The notes under the pieces were generated by a model that did no database searches, had not been told where the DNA came from, and saw nothing but the letters and a program-made list of their open reading frames with translations. A program made the position numbers and the translations under genes. A stretch of DNA of 63,832 nucleotides, filler included, from an uncultured Thermoplasmatales archaeon (GTDB lineage: Archaea; Thermoplasmatota; E2; DHVEG-1), in assembly GCA_964517155.1 (NCBI GenBank). It is 5 parts of 5 records of this genome, joined end to end, with 100 filler letters (N's around TTAATTAATTAA, not from the genome) between each part and the next. Parts side by side here need not be neighbours in the genome. Positions count along the whole stretch, not along the records: positions 56,763 to 63,832 come from CAZFAZ010000039.1; 4 more parts are not named here. One strand, 5' to 3'. Shown in pieces: positions 61,861 through 63,832 of the stretch. Every line of letters starts with the position of its first letter. Position 1 is the stretch's first letter.

Positions 61861-62709
61861 TTAATGCTTATCACCAAATATATGACTACCAATTTGTTCA
61901 GGAGGAGAAAAAACAGCTAAAATTCTATCCATATTTTCTGTACACATATTTTGAAAATTAGGATAACTATCTTCATTGATTACACCACCGAGCCAAAAAG
62001 GATTGCTTTCCTGTTTTTTATTAATTTGTATACCAAAACTTAATATCGGAACCCACTTATTAATTGCTTTAATAAGTTCTTTATCAATACTTTCAGAAGG
62101 TGTATTTTTTTTATACAACCAATATTGTATAAAGGAAAGAGTCAACATCATCATAAAACTTGCAGCATATTCCCAGCCATCTCGCGGATATTGCGTTTTT
62201 TTGTTTTTTTCTAATTCTATCACATTTTCGAAGCACCTTAACGAAGCATATAACTTGTCCAAATCACCAAAATTATCCTTTTCAATTTTTTTAGAATTTA
62301 GATAACCCAAAGTTTGACCTTTACGAAACCATGCCTTTGTATAATGAGTATCAATAAACAAAGCTTCATCATAACAATTTAATGCTTCTTCAAGTCTATC
62401 CATATCCAGTAATGTATTTCCTTTGTTATACCAGTGTGTTAAATCATTTTCATCAAATATTTCATTTAATTTTTCTAACGCTTTTGCAAGATCTTTGTTT
62501 ATTAACTTTAGTTTTGTAAATTCGAGATTCTCATTAAAATTTTTGGTAATACTTTTTCGGTACTTTTCTGCACACTGGCTACAAATTATTTTTTCTTCAG
62601 TTATCTCTAAACTACCTTTGCTTTTTCCAAAATAAGCATAAAATTTTTTACTTAGAATCGACATTTTTTTGTTACATATATTGCATATATTTTCAACCAT
62701 TTTTCTCAC
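61861..62709 (-). CDS. Zn-finger plus TPR protein
   Basis: CNIC...CSQC; TPR WYNKGNTLLDMDRLEEALNCYDEAL. Confidence 0.75.
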   Translation of the reverse strand: MRKMVENICNICNKKMSILSKKFYAYFGKSKGSLEITEEKIICSQCAEKYRKSITKNFNENLEFTKLKLINKDLAKALEKLNEIFDENDLTHWYNKGNTLLDMDRLEEALNCYDEALFIDTHYTKAWFRKGQTLGYLNSKKIEKDNFGDLDKLYASLRCFENVIELEKNKKTQYPRDGWEYAASFMMMLTLSFIQYWLYKKNTPSESIDKELIKAINKWVPILSFGIQINKKQESNPFWLGGVINEDSYPNFQNMCTENMDRILAVFSPPEQIGSHIFGDKH

Positions 62710-62714
62710 TTAAA

Positions 62715-63143
62715 CTACAGTATTTTCTTCTTTGCTATAACATAAAGTTTACCGTTTTCAAACTTAGCTTTTGTTTTTTTTGGTTTAATTTTACAATCAA
62801 GATGAATAATATCATACAAATAAAGAGACTTGGCTGGAAGTATAACACTTAATACCAAATCATTATCAAAAGAAAAAAGGTCGACATCCTCTTTATCGGC
62901 AGTTGTCCCTATATGTATTTGTAAACTAACATTCTTTTTGTTATAATCTTTCATTACACTATATTCTTTAACAACAGTTTTAATATGACGTGCTCTCTCT
63001 ATATAATCAGCATGAAAAACACCAGCTGTTTGATAAATTCCAAATTTTTTCTTACCTATTTCACCTTTTAAAAATTCAGATAAGTCGCTAGTTCGATTTT
63101 TAATGTCTGTATGATTTCTATCTTTTGTTCTAAACAAACCCAT
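62715..63143 (-). CDS. Hypothetical protein with Hsp20/alpha-crystallin-like C-terminus (probable start 63143)
   Basis: C-terminal I.L...I.PKKTKAKFENGKLYV; GAGGAAGG SD. Confidence 0.55.
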   Translation of the reverse strand: MGLFRTKDRNHTDIKNRTSDLSEFLKGEIGKKKFGIYQTAGVFHADYIERARHIKTVVKEYSVMKDYNKKNVSLQIHIGTTADKEDVDLFSFDNDLVLSVILPAKSLYLYDIIHLDCKIKPKKTKAKFENGKLYVIAKKKIL

Positions 63144-63153
63144 CTTTCCTTCC

Positions 63154-63381
63154 TCAAAACCTTGAAAATCTATCATCACCATATACCGCTTTTCTTAATT
63201 GAGTTTTCAACATCATCATACCTATTGCTAAAATAAAAAAACCAATGCCCATAGGTATCATTAACCATAAATAGTTTGTAAACAAGTATACTGCATCAAA
63301 CCATGCAAAAACAATCAAAGGAGCCGAAATAATTAAACCTATTCCTACGAGAATAAAACCTGTTTTCGTTCTTTTTTCCAT
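63154..63381 (-). CDS. Small 2-TM membrane protein
   Basis: GGAGG SD; two hydrophobic helices. Confidence 0.7.
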   Translation of the reverse strand: MEKRTKTGFILVGIGLIISAPLIVFAWFDAVYLFTNYLWLMIPMGIGFFILAIGMMMLKTQLRKAVYGDDRFSRF

Positions 63382-63511
63382 ATTTATTTTCCTCCAAACT
63401 CATATTTCAAAACAAGTAATCTTTAATAATAGTTTACATAAAAAATATGCCAAAAAACAATGTGTTTTGACAGGATTAACTCTTTTAATATCTACACTTT
63501 ATATTCTTTTC

Positions 63512-63832
63512 TCACCAGTAAAGTTCGAAACCCTCCACGATGTTATCAAGATCTCTTGGATAATAATACCTACTTGACCTGACAACAACACACTCTGCCC
63601 AGTAATCTTTTCCAACTTCTAAATTAACTACTTCATTACTTTGAGGTTCTATAAAAAGAAGCCCTCTATCTGTTGTGTTAAATGCTACTAAAGCATGATT
63701 ATGTTCACCACTTAAGTTTAAAGCAACATAAGCACATTTTATTCCATTACTTTCAGCATTATTCTTAACCTCAACTGAATAATGAACACAGTTAAATGTT
63801 TCTTCATCATAACGTTTACTACTTGTTCTATC
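63512..63832 (-). CDS. C-terminal part of a transglutaminase-like Cys protease, cut by window end
   Basis: Manual translation: YDEETFNCVHYS...NNAE..GIKC..., HALVAFNTTDRGLLFIEPQ (Cys-His-Glu triad). Confidence 0.75.
   Translation of the reverse strand, partial: DRTSSKRYDEETFNCVHYSVEVKNNAESNGIKCAYVALNLSGEHNHALVAFNTTDRGLLFIEPQSNEVVNLEVGKDYWAECVVVRSSRYYYPRDLDNIVEGFELYW

Overview
AT-rich archaeal DNA, most consistent with Thermoplasmatota (MBG-D/DHVEG-1-like; inferred from gene content and protein style, not from a search). The window is five unrelated contigs joined by artificial 100-nt linkers (N-run + TTAATTAATTAA + N-run at 24180-24279, 29263-29362, 33766-33865, 56663-56762), so adjacency across linkers means nothing. 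Most of it is housekeeping: topo VI A/B, KEOPS Kae1/Bud32, IleRS, class I LysRS, AlaRS, TruD, Rpo11, Csl4, PGK/GAPDH, MtaB-type methylthiotransferase, Sec61beta, aMBF1, TsaC, MetAP2, deoxyhypusine synthase, MfnA and tRNA-Ala(CGC). It also holds transporters, surface proteins, a six-PAS histidine kinase, two stand-alone receivers and two B12 radical SAM enzymes. Best leads: (1) a terminal accessory island with a coupled small antitoxin-like/GNAT toxin-like/HEXXH zincin operon followed by a membrane-anchored PD-(D/E)XK nuclease; (2) two contig ends that look like the left end plus transposase start and the structured right end (candidate bridge RNA) of an IS110-family element sharing an ATGG core; (3) a pseudoknot-capable leader upstream of a Na+:solute symporter; (4) two genes that appear to initiate at ATT; (5) several small ORFs missing from the ORF track, and a ligand-gated channel remnant. 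No CRISPR array or rRNA was seen.
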